This document shows positions 42,937-44,615 of a DNA stretch of 44,615 nucleotides, piece by piece (position 1 is the first letter of the stretch; the number at the start of each line of letters is the position of its first letter). The notes beneath the pieces were generated by a model that was not told the origin of the DNA, searched no databases, and saw only the letters and a program-made list of their open reading frames with translations. The stretch is from Actinomycetales bacterium Ga0077552 (lineage in GTDB: Bacteria > Actinomycetota > Actinomycetes > Actinomycetales > Microbacteriaceae), in the NCBI GenBank assembly GCA_001464255.1, contig LNFD01000192.1, positions 1 through 44,615 of the forward strand, in the 5' to 3' direction. A program made the translations under genes and the position numbers.

Positions 42937-42988
42937 GGCAAGCCTCCACGCACGAGCAGCACCGCGAAGATGCCTTCGGGGAGGGCGT

Positions 42989-44149
42989 TCACGGCGCCGA
43001 CTCCAGCGCAGCGAGCCGCGCCTCGATGCTCTTGATCGTGGCCGCGTCGACCTTCACCCACGCGGGTCCGTCGGGGAGGTGGATGCCCTTCGGCGCGATG
43101 AGCTGGTCAGCGCCGAGCGCGTGCCCGATGCGCGTCACGAGGAGCGACGCCAGCGAGAGCGAGCGCGCGCGGCAGATGGCCCACACCTGCGACCCGGGGC
43201 CGCCGTTGGGCCCGGGTCCGCCGTGAGCGGTGAGCCCGACCTCATGCGCGTCCTCGTTCGCTTGCCACGCGAGCGGCGTGCGGCCATCGCTGAAGCCGAC
43301 GAACGAGCGCACGCCCGAGGCCCCGGCCGTGCTGCGCACGAGCAGCCGCGAGATCTCGCCAGCGTCCACAACGAGCGGCGCCGACCGCTGCGCCGGTGGG
43401 CCAGCCTGTTGCCGCACTACGGCCGCCAGCGTGCCGCCGAGCACGATGCACGAGCCCATCTGCGTAGGAGAGTCGAGCTCGCAATAGCAGCCGACCCACA
43501 CGCTGCGCGCGGTGTCGCTGAGGTAGCCGCGGCCAGCGCACCCCTCCGCGTGGCAGTCGGTCCACGTCGAGCCGAGGAACGACCGATCGCCGATGCCGCC
43601 CCACGACGACACGACGCGCACGCCGCGCCCCGAGCCTTGCGAGTCTTGACCCGAGACGAGCACGCCGTAGCCGTCCGACCCGTACTGCCCGGGCGATGCC
43701 TCGCCGCAGTTCTCGATCGTCACGTCGTCGAGCTTCCATCCGTTCGCGTTGCCCACGCCGTTCGCGCCGTCGATGCGGATCCCGTGCTTGCCGCTGTTGA
43801 GCAGGTAGCAGCCGCGCATGTTGAACGCGGCCGTGGCCACCACGAGCGCATCGCGAGGCGCGTAGCGGTCGCCCTTGATCGCCATGTCCTCGAGCGCGCA
43901 CGAGCGCCCCAGATTGTCGATGCGCACCGTCGCGTCGCCCACGAGATGCAGCGTCGAGGCCGCGCCTCGGAACGCGCCGCCCGCCCCGCGGAGTCGGACG
44001 CCCACCGACGGCCGTAGGTCTTGGTCGATGCGGTACGTGCCGGGGGGCACGTCCACCACACGCGCGCCCGAGGAAAATGCGTCCTTGCACGCCTGCACGG
44101 ATGACATCTGGCCGGTGGGGTCTGCGCCGAAGTCGATGATGCTGGTCAT
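42989..44149 (-). CDS. Pectate-lyase-like beta-helix tailspike/depolymerase
   Basis: SIIDFGADPTG..A...A.....VDVPPGTY N-terminus, GI.I repeats, terminal IEARLAALE; ATG 44149. Confidence 0.8.
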   Translation of the reverse strand: MTSIIDFGADPTGQMSSVQACKDAFSSGARVVDVPPGTYRIDQDLRPSVGVRLRGAGGAFRGAASTLHLVGDATVRIDNLGRSCALEDMAIKGDRYAPRDALVVATAAFNMRGCYLLNSGKHGIRIDGANGVGNANGWKLDDVTIENCGEASPGQYGSDGYGVLVSGQDSQGSGRGVRVVSSWGGIGDRSFLGSTWTDCHAEGCAGRGYLSDTARSVWVGCYCELDSPTQMGSCIVLGGTLAAVVRQQAGPPAQRSAPLVVDAGEISRLLVRSTAGASGVRSFVGFSDGRTPLAWQANEDAHEVGLTAHGGPGPNGGPGSQVWAICRARSLSLASLLVTRIGHALGADQLIAPKGIHLPDGPAWVKVDAATIKSIEARLAALESAP

Positions 44150-44615
44150 GCGTACGCCGCTCCGGTGATGTCTCGGCGCACGGGCGAGCCAGACACCGTG
44201 AGAGAAAGTCCGCCGATCGAGTCGACCCACGTGCCTGACCCGTCCCACTGGTCGAAGAGCCCCGCCGCGCCGGAGAACGCGCGCGAGCCGCCGGCCACCA
44301 CCTGCGCATCCCACGCGGCCACTGCGGTCGAGTCGAGCGCGGAGTCGATCCACGTCACTGAGATCAACTCGAAATCGTCGACCATCGTGGAAGAGCCCTG
44401 AATCTGGAATGCTTCGGTGGTCGGCGCCGTGTAGCTCGGGAGCGCGGTGCCCACGCTGGAGAGCGCGCCGTTGAGGTACTGCTCCAGAGTGCCGCCACGG
44501 TTCACAGCGACCGACCGGTGAATCAGGTTCTGCGCCGGGGACACGGTGTTCTGCTCCGAGACGTTGCCAGGCACAGCGGAGACCCACGTGGTCGTCAGTC
44601 GTTCGGTGGTCCTGT
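44146..44615 (-). CDS. Tail protein with LamG/ConA-like segment, 5' end outside the window
   Basis: Frame is open to the window edge; VAVNRGGTLEQYLNG. Confidence 0.55.
   Translation of the reverse strand, partial: RTTERLTTTWVSAVPGNVSEQNTVSPAQNLIHRSVAVNRGGTLEQYLNGALSSVGTALPSYTAPTTEAFQIQGSSTMVDDFELISVTWIDSALDSTAVAAWDAQVVAGGSRAFSGAAGLFDQWDGSGTWVDSIGGLSLTVSGSPVRRDITGAAYA

Larger units (their letters stand above)
1..44615. mobile_element. Temperate tailed phage genome segment (unintegrated or permuted arrangement)
   Basis: Terminase, portal, head, repressor/Cro, integrase, tail-like and lysis-like genes; dense ATGA/GTGA-coupled operons; no host core genes seen. Confidence 0.95.

Overview
The whole window is a very GC-rich temperate tailed-phage genome segment; no host housekeeping genes are recognisable. 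From left to right: (i) late packaging and head genes on the minus strand (MuF/gp7-like head protein running off the left edge, portal, terL, terS); (ii) a leftward early/middle operon (RuvC-like, DnaC-like loader, replication initiator with an internal iteron origin, two amino-DNA methyltransferases, SNF2-like helicase, MazG-like, CII-like, Cro); (iii) an immunity region (repressor, ImmA/IrrE protease, two envelope morons); (iv) a rightward early operon (putative annealase, SbcD, a structured tRNA-like spacer, SbcC, a repeat-containing C5 methyltransferase, beta clamp, Xis, tyrosine integrase); (v) an apparently intact attP built on the 5' half of tRNA-Gly(CCC) with its own promoter and flanking arm-type repeats; (vi) a TGT/DpdA-like gene, Ead/Ea22-like genes and a DUF2335 cassette; (vii) the end of the late operon on the minus strand (tail/fibre, lysis-like and beta-helix tailspike genes). 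Late genes at both ends with attP in the middle suggest an unintegrated or circularly permuted genome. All family calls come from motif recognition by eye; no database search was run. The strongest leads are the 5'-half-tRNA attP, the tRNA-like RNA splitting sbcD from sbcC, the stand-alone DpdA-like gene, two paralogous Cys/His-plus-HTH proteins and the DUF2335 cassette with a putative operator and a nearby C-loop hairpin.
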